Below are positions 40,301-55,300 of a stretch of DNA of 64,000 bases, in pieces; positions within the stretch are counted from its first letter, which is position 1, and each line of letters starts with the position of its first letter. The position numbers were made by a program, and so were the translations under genes. The DNA comes from Phoronis australis. Taxonomy: Eukaryota > Animalia > Phoronida. A model generated the notes under the pieces. It saw only the letters and a list, made by a program, of their open reading frames with translations, made no database searches and was not told where the DNA came from. The stretch lies in contig NMRA01000634.1 of the NCBI GenBank assembly GCA_002633005.1, forward strand, positions 124,001 through 188,000, given 5' to 3'.

Positions 40301-43300
40301 GTTTTTACCTATTTAGCACTCCTCCCATGTACCCCCAATGGGAGGGGGTTCACAGGTGCCCATTTGTCGCCCACCTGGTTTGCAATCCGCCCTTGCACCC
40401 CTTTAATTGCTAGCGCCTGCATGGGAGCAAATCCTCCTGAACCAGAAGACTTAGACTTAGAAGAGGGCCAAGGGTGACATGCCTCCCCCCCCCCNGTTCG
40501 AAGGTGCGAATCTCTGACGGACAAAATTCTGGCTAATAGCTGACCTACCCCCCGACCCCGAAATCAAAATCCTCGAACCCCCAGGAGTAATCACCAAAAT
40601 TATGTAGTCCATGGAGGTATGCTTTATTAAGAACTTAAACATAAACATAAACAAAACCATAATGGCTTTTGAAGGGAGCTTCAAGAGAGTGAAAGCAAAC
40701 ACACTTAAATATTAATTAAAAACACATTTTCCTTCTTATTTGATCATACGTGGTTGTTAGTTTACTTATTTTACCCATTTTCAATCACACGGTAATTTTG
40801 TTGCACGTCGAACGTCATTATAATATGAATTTGTCAGTGTTTAAATGGTTCGGACTGCGTTGCTAACTTAGTGTTGCTTATTCACCGCTTGGAGCGCTAG
40901 TGTTCGACCGATAACCAATGCGGCGAATGGCAAGAGTGCGGAGTGAACTCTCCTATTCTATGTATACTCCTTGGTCGTAAGCACATTATTGTAAATATGA
41001 TGCTATGTTAGTATAGCCTTCACGAGCGATGCTGATGACCTTTGATAAACGACCCCGGGCTCACTATATTTGGTGATGTTAGGGTAGCAATTGCAATCTG
41101 TCGTAGGTTGTCGCAGGGGTTGCGCAACAGCACAAGTCATTATTTTTCAGGTGCTACAATAACTTGTTGCAGCACAGTGGGTTTACATACATGAATACAC
41201 GGCATTCACCAAGAACTTCGACTTGGTGTTGTGTCCAATAACCTGCAACTACGACTGTGACTTACCTTATAATGTAGTTCATACAGGGAGTACTAAGTTT
41301 AATTAAACGGGTCCAAGTGTAAGGTTGGTGTGGCTACGTGCTTTGCATGCTATGAGTGACGATATCTCGCAGTCTTGTGTGATCTTTTGTGTCCATAAGG
41401 ACGTCGCGTACATGTATAAGGAAAGAATGTTAAGATAAACGGAAGAGGAAGAGGTTTATATTGCTTCCAAATTTGATGGTTCTCTCTTGCTATAAATCGC
41501 TGCTCTGTGAGGACCATGCGTAGACTACTTTTTGAAGATGTGTTTTTGGTGCTGTGAGAAAGTGGTGTCTTAGAAGATGTGAATGACTTTTGTTTAACCA
41601 TCTTTCCACAGGGAGATATTTCACAGAAATATCTTATAAGATTCGTCATCACCGCCACCATCGTAGCAACTCCCAAATTCCAGCGTCAACTAAGCATTAT
41701 CCCCATAAAGACAGGCTTGAAAAAGTGTGTCCTCGTTTACAACTTTCACACGTGATCGTTATGTTGTTACAGAACATAACAAAATTGATTTTGCGGCGAG
41801 CGCTGCTTCCTGCACTTAATAGAACAAAAAAGACATGGGTGTTGCGTTATGTCATGATTGGATTGAAATTCTTCAAAGAAAAATAAATCAGAAATACTGC
41901 CATTGAAAGTTTACAGTGACCCAAACGTCACATTACAATGGGTTTAGTATGCGGGTCAGAATAAAATCAAACAATGAAAACAGAAAATGTGCCCCTATCA
42001 CTCAAGGCGAAATTAGTGATGCTTATTCCACTTGTCGAAAACCCAATAGCATGGTCCTTGTGACCAGTATTGTTGGAGTAATGGAGTTTTTTCTCAACTT
42101 TATGAAACTGCGCATCAATGCAACATAAAATAGAACAAACGTAGTGGTACTACTTTTCCCTTTCAGATCCCTTCTTCACTTGCGACACCGTGAAAAGCAG
42201 TGCAACTGATGCTAATCAATTCTCTTGCGGACCTATAGGTATATTCTTAAGTTTATTGCGTCATTAAGTATTGTGAGAGTGTTGTTGTACTTTGGTTAAA
42301 ACCGATTAAAATGAACAGAAAAATTCGATATACTATTCTTTTTCTTCATATTCCGGGCCATCGACCATCCCATAGTCTGTAATCTACATAAAATAATTAC
42401 AAAAATAAAACATAGTTCGATAATTACAAAAAAATAGTTTGCTAATCCATGCAACGCATGGGCGGCGTATCGTAGGGGGCTGGGGGGCTATAGCCCTCAC
42501 TTTTTTCAGTGCTGCGCCGCCCATGGTCTATGGGCGGTGCACCACAAGGGGGCTGGGGGGGGCTTGAGCCACCCCACTTTTTCAGTGCTTTGGCTCCAAT
42601 GCAACACATGCAGTTTCAGTCGTGCAGTGGTGTTTGCCTTAGTACAGAGGAACGATACGCAAATCCAGACTGTTCAGCTAACTAAAGGAGTCCAAAATGT
42701 TCAATAATCCTGAATATTTGAAAAGGATATTCTTGGATTATGTTTCGACGCTAACGTTTTGTGTCTCAAAGGAAGATGAGATCTAAATGTGTTTTAACTC
42801 TCATTTCAGCCACCTGGATGGATCACTTTACCTACGTCCAAGCCGCAATGTTGGGGGGTAACGATGATGAATTGCCAAACAGCGACAAAAACTCTTGTCT
42901 GAATCAATGCCACAACTCTGCCAGCTGTAGAACTATCGACTATAACGACAACCTAGGTAATAAACTTCTCAAAAAGTAACACCCCCTTCAGTTTTTGTCC
43001 ATAAATTAGACAGTAAAGATTGTTTTTGAAAAGTTCAAAAATGTACTAATACTATAATTCAAGACACATTCTCATATCAATTTAATACAACAATCCATTT
43101 ATCAATTTCAAAGTGAAGCTTTTGTTGTGACGTGGATCTGAATCAAAAGTCGAAAAATATAGATTCCGAAGGCATTTGGTTCGCACACAGATTCAACGAA
43201 GTGTAAATTTACGAAAACTACAGACTACATATCGTTGGAATAAGCTTGAGTATGCTTCTTGTATGGAGTTCCAACAGCTTGATGCCGGCTGATGGTCAAC

Positions 43301-46300
43301 ACTGATTCCAACTGAGCATGAAAGAATGGAGTCAGTAGACAATAAATCCATCAATTTAGTTTAGGTTATAGTGCATTTGTGTCAGTGTCAGTGTCAGTTT
43401 GCGCGTCAACCATGCCCGTATGGCCGAAAATGACAGACTTCGGGATGTGAGTCAATTCGAATCGGACGCCACGCAAATAAAGATCGTCAACAACTTTGGT
43501 GTATCTGGCAGTACAGTTTAACGCCTCTTTCGCAAGTACCGAGATTCTGGTGCTGTCCCTGACTTTCCACGAAATGGTCGTTCACGCGCTACTGCTCAAA
43601 GCCAAGATAAGCACATACATGTAAGAACTGCCGTCCATCGAAAAACCCCAATGAGATGGTGCAGGTAACGCATTAGCTAGAACCACCATCAGTGGAAGAC
43701 TGTACAGTGTTATCTGATTAGTCTCGTTTTTGCTTGCGGTCCATGGATAGGCGGCAGACTATGTGGAGGCGGCGAGGCGAAAGATTTGCAAACTGTTGCA
43801 TTACGCGCATGACACCATACAAAAGAAGTAGTGTTAAGGTGGGACGTGGAATCTCCTTCAACGAATGATCTCGCTTGTCCATCTACATGTACTACGAAAA
43901 ACCGTAAATGACTAGCGCTACCGCACTCAAGCTTTGGATCTCGTAGCCATACCTTTCGTTCGGGCGCTTGGACAAAATGCTATCCTCTGAGACGACAACG
44001 CATGGCCGCACCGGGCAAGGGCCATAGAACGCCATCTGCAACAACAATGCATATAGCGTCCAGAGGGGCCTGCAACAAGTCCTGAACTGAACCTTACAGA
44101 ACAGCTGTGGGACCAGCTTGGTAGACGAGTTTGTTCTCGTGTCACAAACCATGCCACATCTGACAATCTCCGGCGTCTGTTGGAACAGCAGTGAACAGCA
44201 ATCCCCCAGGACAAGATTCAGCGCTTAATTAAGAGTATGCGTGCGAGATGAATGACTGTGGTGAACGTGGGTGGTGACAGTACACGTTACTGATGAGATT
44301 GACTGGAACCGATCTGCAGTGTTAAGTTACGGCACGCCGCCATTTTGTGACTGTTTAAATTTATCGACAAATTTAATTTATTTTACTGTTTAGGGTCCGA
44401 TTTGGCGGATATTTGGCGCAAAATGCGAGCTGAAATTGTCGTTGGCCACCTGAAATCGAGGCTTACTTGCCACTAAATACGACTTCAGTTTTTCGTTGCT
44501 CTACTCGACAGTGCCGTTCCCACTCTTGAAAAACGGGTCAACTAACAGTCAGTAACAGAACAACAAAAAAAAAACAACCGCGAAAAGCACTCAGCGCCGG
44601 TTTACTTTTGTCGCGTCTGTCGATCTTGTTTGTCCACAGGCGCTCAAAAAATGACACGTTTGAACAGCGCCTCCTACGCAGGCGAGCGAGCGACTCTTTA
44701 GAGGTAGTGAACTTCAGCAAAGTGAGATATGAGCGTCTGTGGTTTCCTCGCTTGCTTATCATGGCAATGGCGATGAAAGAACCTGCGGTGCCCGGTTTAA
44801 GGAGCTGGATTGTAGGGCATCCGGAGACAAAACTAAAGGGAATAGTTGTAGCCGGTGGAAATAATGGCGACTGGAGGAGGGGGAGACAATACAGCAGAGG
44901 GGCGACCGGTAGGTAGTGGTTACCGCCGGTAGACAAAACAGTTGGAATAAGGAGAGAATAGTGGCGGGGCTAAACTGGTAGCGAGCCGAGGGCAAATGGT
45001 ATGTGCCCCCAGTAACTCGTGTTTATCTTCATACGTGCCTGAAAACATAACATATTTGTTTGTCTTTATATTGTCGTATATTGTACAACGCAATAGACTT
45101 TTTGTTATTTAACTCTAGCTAATGATGGTTTACGTTTTCTTAAATTTCATCGACAACGTTACAGTGCGTCAGTGGCGCAGCTGCAATTCTCTACCCCAAT
45201 TGCCAGAAATTCCGAGCGTCACAGCCCCCGCCCCCTCCCTCCTTCCCTCGTCGTCAGCGATGTCACGCAGTCTCAAGCCACCTCTCACCGTCACTGCGGT
45301 CTTTCGGTGGCCTGCACTTGCGGGATGCGGTCTGGAGAGGACCCTCAGCTACGCTGCAGCAGTATGGAGTTGTATCACTGTGAATCATGGAGTGATAGTT
45401 TACGATAAAACGTGCATTGACGAAACTAAATAGTACATTCCAACCTTTAAGCAAATTCAACAATGCAAAATATAATGAATTTAATTGTAGCTTTGGCGGA
45501 AAACCGGGACTCGACGCTATGAAAATCACCAGGTGAAATTTTGCCACCTAGCCAAAATCCAAGGTGGCATTTTTAAAATCCTGCATTCATAAATGCCAGG
45601 TCGCAAAATTTTCCGCTATTTTTACGCGCCAAAACTGATTGTTAGATCATCGAAAAATGTTTAGATTATTCTCTTACCTGCGGTGTAAAATACTCACAAA
45701 TTTCAGGTCACAAAATTGTGTTTTTACATGCAGGTACTGTTACTGTTCTTTACGTTTGCCATTGAAAGGCTCTACAGCCCAAGGCTAGCTGCCATTTGAA
45801 AGTTGAATCAGTGCTCTCTAACAGAAACGCACATTTGAGTAGCTAAGTTTGCAATGTGAAAAGAGAGAAAATACTAGTTGGAAAAGTATCCGCGATTTCT
45901 CTAGGTCCGACCTGCTACGTGACTGTCATCAAAGCCGTTAAAGATCAAAACTTACTATGAGTACAAATTCCCTCCAATTTTTGTTCGCACCCCAATCTTT
46001 GCAACTTAACTCGACTTTTGAAAAACATCCTGTCGAAAAAAATCCGTGAAACGTTGCCCTAGCCGAATGACTTTGTCGGATGCGCGGGAACAGTTCAGTG
46101 CAAAATTCACTACAAAAATGTGGGACGAATGCTGTTTAGGTACTCAAAAATTACACGTAGTTTTCCACGAAACGAAATAATTCCCTATTTCGTGCGGGTT
46201 TCCATCTTTATTTGTAATTAGAGTTTGCTCCTCAATATCTTCCATGTACGGGAAAAATAGGTCAGTGAACGACACCCATGTCACTAGTGTTAACTTTCTT

Positions 46301-49300
46301 TCAGAGGTATAAAACAAAGCCGGGTTTTGTTTTTATCACAATGAGAAAAGACTTTTTTTGAAAACTGAATTTGTTGTGTAAAATGAGAGTGATTTACTTT
46401 ATAGGCTACATGTCAGTTTCAAACCACGTGCCGTTTGTAGTGCGATACGATGGACGCTAGCCTTAACTGTGGGCGCTTATTCGGAAATTCTCAAAAGTTG
46501 AGGGGGAACCTTTAGTAGGGCAATGAGCACTTACATGAAGCACTTCTAAAGTAGGGGGTAAGCGCATGCGCGAGCATAAAATCGATAAAATGAGTGTGTG
46601 CGGTAATAACATATACAAAGACTGTAATAGAACGATGCAAACTCCATCTGGTAGGGCTGGCATTTTGCCTATCATTACCACCTACACTGTACCCTTTTTA
46701 GCCACCCGCTTCAGACGGAACAAGATTCTTTCTATTGGAGACTGAAAAATTTACGGCGTGGTACGTAGAACGATAAAAATAGCGGGGGAGAGGCTGTATA
46801 AAGAGAAAAATAAAAAGTTCACTAATCACTATTTCGCATCGATCCATTTAGTTGTAATAGCTGGCTACGGGCATAGAATATCGGGCCGAGGGAACATCGA
46901 CCGGGGAAACATCCGAACAGGAAAATATCAGTTTTGGGCTACATCGGTCCTGGGGCATATGGTGTCGGGTCTTTTATAACCGCCGGAATGTACTTAGTCC
47001 ATTGTCAAATAAACCACTGGCCTNCAATTTCAAACCACGTGCCGTTTGTAGTGCGATACGATGGACGCTAGCCTGAACTGTGGGCGCTTATTCGGAAATT
47101 CTCAAAAGTTGAGGGGGAACTTTTAGTAGGGCAATGAGCACTTACATGAAGCACTTCTAAAGTAGGGAGTAAGCGCATGCGCGAGCATAAAATCGATAAA
47201 ATGAGTGTTTGCGGTAATAACATATACAAAGACTGCAATTGAACGAAATGTTATTATAATACGAATTTGCGATGCAAACTCCATCTGGTAGGGCTGGCAT
47301 TTTGCCTATCATTACCACCTACACTGTACCCTTTTTAGCCACCCGCTTCAGACGGAACAAGATTCTTTCTATTGGAGACTGAAAAATTTACGGCGTGGTA
47401 CGTAGAAAAGTTCCCTAATCACTATTTCGCATCGATCCATTTAGTTGTAATAGCTGGCTACGGGCATAGAATATCGGGCCGAGGGAACATCGACCGGGGA
47501 AACATCCGAACAGGAAAATATCAGTTTTGGGCTACATCGGTCCTGGGGCATATGGTGTCGGGTCTTTTATAACCGCCGGAATGTACTTAGTCCATTGTCA
47601 AATAAACCACTGGCCTCCAGGTGCTTAACACAGCCAAGCCGGTATACTTTATCATTTAGGACTGTCGCTATTTCTTTGGATGGGCAGTGATACGCCGTAA
47701 AATGTAACAATTTCGTAAAATGTAACAACTCTTACAATTTACATCATTGTTACATTTTACGTTGCTAGGCCTCTCCTAAAATGTAACATTTTATGTAATT
47801 GCTACAATGTACGTCGAATGCACATGCGAGAAATGTACCATTTTACGAAATGGAAGTCATATTCCATGCATTTGCCTGGTATTTGTCACACGGAGGAAAA
47901 CGGTTCACACACTTAACGGCTTCTTTCTCGAATTGTTTGAATAAAATTCTGTCAAATGTGCCAGCTCGAATTTATAGATGTGTCCTTATGTGCTTTCCAC
48001 TGTTTTTTAACATGAACAGTTTCTTAGTACAGTAAAAGGTGTGCCCCGTACACTTTCAACTCCAGTTGAAAGCAGTTTCCAGGACAAGGTAGCAAGTTTT
48101 TTATAGTTAAAGCATTCTTGAAATCCGCTGTTGGTGCTCACAGGTCATATTAGCGGAGTTGCAACGCCGCCATATTGGAAATGGGTCAGAATGTTGCATT
48201 GTGGTTAAGCCGGTAAACAAGTACGTCGGCAAGAGTGGGGGCGAACCGGCCACAGGGAGGTTATACGTGTTGTGTGCCTGGCTGCTATAATACCAGTTAG
48301 CTAGATAAAGAATTTAGTTACTTGCTGTTTCCAAAGGATCAAGATCTGCATTAAGGTGGCACTGAATAGTTAGGCTGCGGCCTCGGCCAATTTGCACTGC
48401 CAAAATATAGAAATTTTGGGGTAGGCCAAGTTTGGGGGCATTTTGTAGGTGGGCATTGCACGTAGGCTCAGTGAATGTGGTTTGTTTGTATTTGTGAACA
48501 TGCTGTGGATAAAAAGGCCACTTTCTTGGCTGTAGCTGCACTCTTCTTCAAGATGGCGGCCCCCGGCTGCAATTGTGCATTGTTGGGTAGCGACCGCGAA
48601 ATTGGCTCTGATTTTAGGTAGCCCTCAAACAAGCAAGAATTGCTAAAAAACTAGTTGGTTGACAGTACTTTTGGACCACATTTTCGGAATCGGTAGGAAA
48701 TTTGCTTTCAGACTAATGTTGGTTTTAGTCGTGCATCGGCAGAGAAGTGGTGTTTTTCAGGTGAAAAGTGCCGATTTTGCATTTTTTTTGCCCTTACTTT
48801 TTTTAGTCTAGCTTGGTTTTCAGTGGGAATGAAATGGTCAAAAATACAAGAAAGAATAAAGTTTCTGTGCTCATCTGGGCTTTTTATGTGAAATAATTGA
48901 AACCATGCCATTCTTTGCATCCTGTTTTTGACAGAGTGAAGAAAAGGTTACAAATCAAGTGATGTGTGTTTTGCTAGGCAAAACCCAGTGAGAACTATTC
49001 TGTGCCTCCTAAACATGGGTCAGACACATCGGCAGAGCTGGTAGCAAAGGCCGACTTAGTCATTCTTTCGTAGCATAAAGTATGCAGCGCTCATTTTGAT
49101 GGCGGCAAGAAAACGTATCTTGGAAACTGCCCAACAATATTTCCCTTGAAAGAAACAGTAACAAATACTCCACGGCGGTTGGCAGTGAAAAAAAAAACTT
49201 GTTTTTGCTTGACCAGAACCAACAACATGAGCAATTTTGAGGATAATGCCTCTGCACAATCACCTGTTCTGGATCGATTCACTCAACGTACGCACACTAA

Positions 49301-52300
49301 CGCGCTAAGATAAAGCATGCAGAATATTATTATTTAGTTTGTACAAAATTGTGGTGCATTGCTATCAAAATTCTTTACGATCATTTTTTAGAAAATTGTG
49401 CTGAAATCCCAGGGCGAAATCTCGCCGACAAATGCGTAGCTGCCGGTCTCGCAATCGTCGATAGGGCTTGAATTCTTGGATAAGAATACAGCTTCGACTC
49501 TCCTCAAGTTTTCCAAATGGCGTCTCTAAGATTTTTAAGTTCTTGTTTAGTCTTCGATTAACTGCAGATTAAGACTAAGTCTACGCTACTAGATTGTAGC
49601 CCGCAACATAAAAAATCTCTGGAGGAACACACCTGTGGTTGTCACGTGACGTTTGTTTTGGAGTTTGTATGCGTGTGTGTGAGAGTAAGAGTTCATTTGC
49701 CACATGTTTTAATATTTAGCTTAGCACTTGCTGGCCTCATCTGCTAAAAAACGTTCGAGAATTGTTTCGGTAAGACCGATATGTCACTCATTGAGTCGCC
49801 GGGTGAGTGGATGCGTGACCGTAGTGTAACAGCTATTTTCCGGAAGATTCGGGGTGTAAGGATGCGAATGTGTTCACTATCAGTGGGCCATTTTGACTTT
49901 AAAAACACCAATTATGATTAGTTAAATAATTTCTCTTAAAAATTATGCAAAAGAAACTTTCGGAAATTAGTGCCAATATTTATTTCTTGCCGATTCTATG
50001 TTACCCGTTTCATGAATAGATAGTTTCCTACTAAATGTCTTCGATGACAGCCGGTACATTATGCAGCGCGCGCTTCTTAGCCGCGTGCTAACACTGGTCG
50101 GGGTTTTTTATTAGTCTTCGATTCACGGTTTTCACGTGTACAAAGAAGTTTGGATTCCTGTTGAGGCCGGAGAAGATCTGTACCGGAAAGAAACAATGCA
50201 ATCCCGCTAACAAGTACGCTTCGTCTGTTTTCAAAGTCCAGACCGGCGTAGTGGGGCACATCCCTCGCAAGAGCAGCAAAACTTTTGCGTTCTTTTTGAA
50301 TCGCGGCGTAAGTTTGAAGTGTATATGGACATAATGGTGAGGCTCGTGGTCTACAAATTCAGGACTGTCGGATCTTTCTATTGATAAATTGGAGACGTTA
50401 GAACTGTAGGTAGGGCCTGAGGCATTTTTCGCTTGTGGTTCATGGGCTGGGTGCTTACTTTAGCGAAGTCTGAAAAGGCGTTGGGGCACTTATTGGGGCA
50501 TGGGCGCATATTAGGGCAAATAGCGTCAGAATTACATAAAGCAGCGTAGTTTAATGCACACAAATCACACGTCGTGCAAACCAATCGACCATTCCATATA
50601 CCCTAATCAATCCCAACAGCCTTTGTGCACCCTAATTTCCGGACATGCGCAATCGTTAAATCGATTCGGTTGCAACTCTGCTATTGTGTATCCGGCATTA
50701 TAGTAAACACACTTGCATTGGTAAGCACAACAAAAACAATGACATCGTGTGTTGGCAAATATTTATCGTATTTCTTCGGGAAAACAACGACAGTCGACCA
50801 TAACAAACATTTTTACGGAGAATTCAATTTCAGAAGCCTATTTGATAGAAAAAACACCCGTTTTAGTCCACTATTGTTTGATATATTTCAGCTAGTGTTT
50901 TATTGCCTTGGAGTCATCGGTAATGCAGTAATAGTCCGGCTCCACACAAAAGAAGCGAGACCAAAGTTTCGGATGGTGACGGGTTCTCTCTACCACCATA
51001 TTAGATGCGAACTTCTCAAAGAGATTATGGTGGAAGGAAATAAAAGCACACATTTATTTGCGGGCAGGTTGAAAGATAATTACCAGTGCAACAGCAAAAA
51101 GTCGTTTTTGAAAAGGGCGATACCATAGTTTAAAACGGTGGCCGCATAGTCCCGTGTTTTAAACATCTTTTTAAAAAGCTGAAAAAATATAATTTTTCCT
51201 ATGATGTCAAACCTGTCTGAAATAGTGGTGGTAGCAACAGATCAAACCGTGACGTGTGTACGTGAAAATGGGAGGTTTAGCCGGGGAAATAGAAAACATT
51301 TTGACACTCTGAAGGGACATGATCATTTTGCTCAAATTGGCTTTCTGTCTATAGTTTAAAGTGGCAACAGTCCGAAAAAAGTTGTCTGTTGGCCTTTTGG
51401 ACTACAAAAACATGCACTTTCTCTTCCATTATTGTTTAAGATGATATATCAATTAAAATTGATGTTTTGTTAATGTTTGTTAGTCCGAAGGACACATAAT
51501 TAAATTCAGAGATTGGATATTCTACAATTAATGGACGTGAAGCCACGTGTCTCATGAGGCCCCATTTTGGGCGGGGGTTGCAGGTCGCTGTCAACAACAC
51601 GCGTGGTTGGAAGCAGATGAGGGAATTTTGTATATTAACCCTTTTGCTACATCGCATAAAAAGCGCACATTAAACATCACTAACTTCGACGTTGGCCGTT
51701 TTTGCTCCATATAAACCATTTTCATTGAAACCTAATTCAAAGCACTCTATTAAATTTCTGTATTCTTCTAAGAATATAGGTGTCCGTTCCACATGAAATT
51801 GTTGCGTGTATTGTCTGCCCGTTACCAGCTTTTCTAACGACCCGCTGACTGCAGCCATAGCTGACTAGTCGCAACTGAGTTCACGAAAAATGTCTGCCTC
51901 CAGAGTTCAACCTAACGCAAGTTTTGAACTGACATATCGTCATGGACTGTTTTCAACAAGAAACAAAAATGATAACATGGTGGGTACCATCACGTATAGA
52001 TGTGAGTCGCAAATAAAAGATTACAGTCTGAATTCAGTTCTTAGTGGCAAACTACAGAAGGATATACCCGGTAGCTATACTTACAAACAATATTGTGCTT
52101 GCCGATAGTTCAGAAATTTTTGAAGTTGGCGCACGTCTTAACAAGATTTAAAATCTCAATCTCCTCGTTTCCAAAAATAGGCCTACTTTGCATCCAGAGC
52201 TGTCAAGAAGTTTCTCTCAATATCCCGCTGAACATTGGTATCCCTTTAAAATCCTTTTGAAATAGCACTGGCTGTCCATTTTTGGAAGCCCGGTGAAAAC

Positions 52301-55300
52301 ATTGAACCATAAATGAGATGATTTTAAAATCTTTGAGGACTATGATGTATCATCACTTTGCTAAACATGTACTGGGAATATTGCACTTTGTCCTCGAAAA
52401 ATAAATCCAATAATAATAATAATAATAATAATACAATAATTATATACAGATAATAATAACAATAATAATAAATAATTATAATAGCAGTAATAATGACAAT
52501 AATAATAAAGATAACGATAAGGATAACGTGTAGCAGTAGTAAAAGTAAAAATAGTAGTAATTGTAAAGTAATCCTAATAAAATGATAACGGGTACCCAAA
52601 TTCATGCCCTGTCAGCCCGAAGAGGAGAACGAAAAGTGCAGCTCAAAAGGGTATTTTTAAATACTGTCCAAAACAGTGCCGTTTTCGATACAATACTATC
52701 TAAAAGAGTGCCTTTTACGAATTTCTGGAACAGAACTGTGCCAAATGTGAATTATTATTCGAAATTACTCTCTAAATGGGTCCCCTCTTTGTCCGAGCCC
52801 ACTCTCTAAATGGGTAGGTATCCAAAATTTTCGGGCAGCACTCCTCGTCCAAAATACTCGAGTACCCCCCGGCCGTGTCGGATACCACTTGTTCATGATT
52901 TTAATAAATTTCTTTGTAATATGACGTGGGTTTCGTAAAATTTAACAATGGTACATTTCTCGCATACGCATTCGATGTAAAATGTAACAATTAGTAATAA
53001 GTAAAATGTAACCACTTGTTACATTTTAGGAAAGGCTTAGCAACGTAAAATGTAACAGTTGTTACATTTTACGAAAATGTTGTTACATTTTACGAAACCG
53101 TTACATTTTTGGCGTATCATGGCAGCTTCTGAGCGATTCACACGCGTGAGTTCACGCACTTGAATCGCTGGAGTAGGCCTACACTTCACGTTGGCAACAA
53201 CAAGTAACAGACAACTATTATGTTGCGCACGTAGTCAACACAACAAGTAAAGGGTTTGAGAAGTTCTTGACGACTCTAAAACTACTTTGCTGAAAGTAAA
53301 GTCCTTGTCGTCGTTTGGCGATTAATAGGGCTGTCATTTTCACATTTGCTGTTTTTTGTGATAAAAAACGAGACCCACATTTCCAAGTCACTATCGTTTG
53401 GGCCCTAGCAACGGGACCGACCAGTGCCGCAGTGCAATATCAGGGAAATTGTCGAGGATATTTGATAATAAGGAGATCTTGCGCAAAAAATAAATGTCTT
53501 TTTTCACCACAAACTTTGGTAAGTTGATCGTTTACGAATCAGTAGAAACACCTCTACGTTGTGAGGTCTTATGACGTGTTATGCCGTGGTCCGAAACTTT
53601 CCTCGGGCATCCAAAAATTTTAGCCAATGAAACGCGGGAAAGATCAATTCTGCATTATCCCATGTTCACCAGACCTGCTTACAAGTCATCGGAAGGGCTG
53701 TTCTGGATTAGTGTTCGTTTGAACTTGATTTGGCAACAACCAAATAAAGGTTGGATTCACACCAATTGCTTTACATGTATATTTGCCGAGAAGTGTAAAA
53801 ATTCAGCTCGCATACTTTGGAAATTCCAGGTCGCATTTTACGACTTCATACAAGCTGGTAAAAATCTCAGCTTGCATTTCCAAACTCCATGTCGCAAATA
53901 CGACCTGCAGTTCGTCATGCCGAGCCCTTGAAAAGTTCATATCTATTGGCAGCGACTTAAAAATACGAATTGCAACTTCGAATATTTTAAAAGAGAGGTC
54001 TTTGACTATTTCAGAATTGACAAAAGCATATTTTACAAACATTTTAAATTTGAGGATTTCATTGAAAGTTGGCCCCTTTATTTTGACATAACTTAGAGTT
54101 CCAAATAAAGCCCACCACACGTATGTTTGTGGGTGTGAATGGTTTGCTAAAGTGAACCAATCACGTTTTCTTTTTTGTATTTTGTATATTGATAAAGATT
54201 TATAACAAAAATGCCTTTCGAGTTGCGTAATTGTTTTAGAAATCTCTTTCAAACAGGCCTGTTACATGTGAAACATAAAATTTACTTTTGTGGCAAGTTG
54301 ACCAGATTTCTCACAAAAATATCCGAGCGACGCATGCAATTTCCGCATCAATTACTACGTAGGGGGGCGCAACTGTCTGTTTTGTGCTTTTATTACGCTA
54401 TCAATGTCTTTCAAATGAGAATTGCGTTTATAAAGGAATGTAAATGCTTCAAAGGAGCATGCCACCCAAAAAACAACCTAATTTGTATCAATTTTGATCG
54501 AGTAGTTCTACTCCATAACGACTCGTACGGTTGCGTTACCTGACACCTGACGGCAGACGGAGGTGTTGAAATTATCCAATGACGTCATCGGTTTCACACG
54601 CAGTCTCTTCAGCAGTTCACAACACGGGTTACTGGTGTCAGCTTATCGCTTGAAGTCATCGTTTAACACCAATAAATCATCAAACTCCGATGTAAAACCC
54701 TTAAAAATACACCGAGTTCTTATAAAAACGCGTTGTTTTATTTCACTCTTACGGATTTATTGGTAATTGGACACACCTTAGCCAGCCAATAAGGTCCGTA
54801 GCAGGAGTTTGGGGTCTGTTCGGACTGAGATAATTTCGAAGTATTTTCCGTGAGATACAGACAGGAGAACCTAGATCTGCGTTGTTTAGACTTGTGATTT
54901 TTTGATTTTCTAAACACAAAACGCTTGTTTTCCTGGCCAGTGGCTCGAGGAGCCCGATCAGGCCCGTCGCGGCCGACCGGACTCGTTATGCAACTAGCTC
55001 GGAAACTGATCAGACATCACGAACATAAACCAGCCAAAGTTCAGTGGAAACTAGTCAAGAAAATACTATACTAGTGAGCCAAAGTAATGTGCACGTGATT
55101 ATGTTGGTGACTTAGCCACGAAACTGCAAATCTACTTACTCCGTCGGGGGCCACCGGAATTCAGGTTCCGCTTTAGCCACAGCACCGTCAGGGTAGAAGT
55201 TGTACTTTGACAATCATTATTTGAGTAATGTAAATGTAAATAAAGATTCCCCTAACACCTGGCCGTGGGATGGAATTCGAGTTGTTTCACAACAGTTTTT

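Larger units (their letters stand above)
47688..53119 (+). mobile_element. TG...CA DNA element with aaaatgtaac subterminal arrays, carrying nested insertions
   Basis: TIR TGATACGCCGTAAAATGTAAC / GTTACATTTTTGGCGTATCA; 6-bp flanks gggcag / tggcag. Confidence 0.65.

Noticed and set aside
42600-42690. SCSGVCLSTEERYANPDCSAN as a decayed resistin second-half exon
   Set aside because: Wrong phase, ends in a stop and lacks the CC; the similarity is too weak.
45905-45960. ctctag|GT CCG ACC TGC TAC (GPTCYVTVIKAVKDQNLL*) as the second half of PAN5
   Set aside because: It hits a stop with no donor and lies inside the Tc1 nest; 60152-60256 is a much better exon.
52324-52605. Hydrophobic 93-aa ORF resembling a membrane protein
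   Set aside because: It is the translation of an (AAT)n microsatellite.
53581-54543. Several 100-150 aa ORFs
   Set aside because: AT-rich, overlapping on both strands, no motifs, inside the transposon nest.
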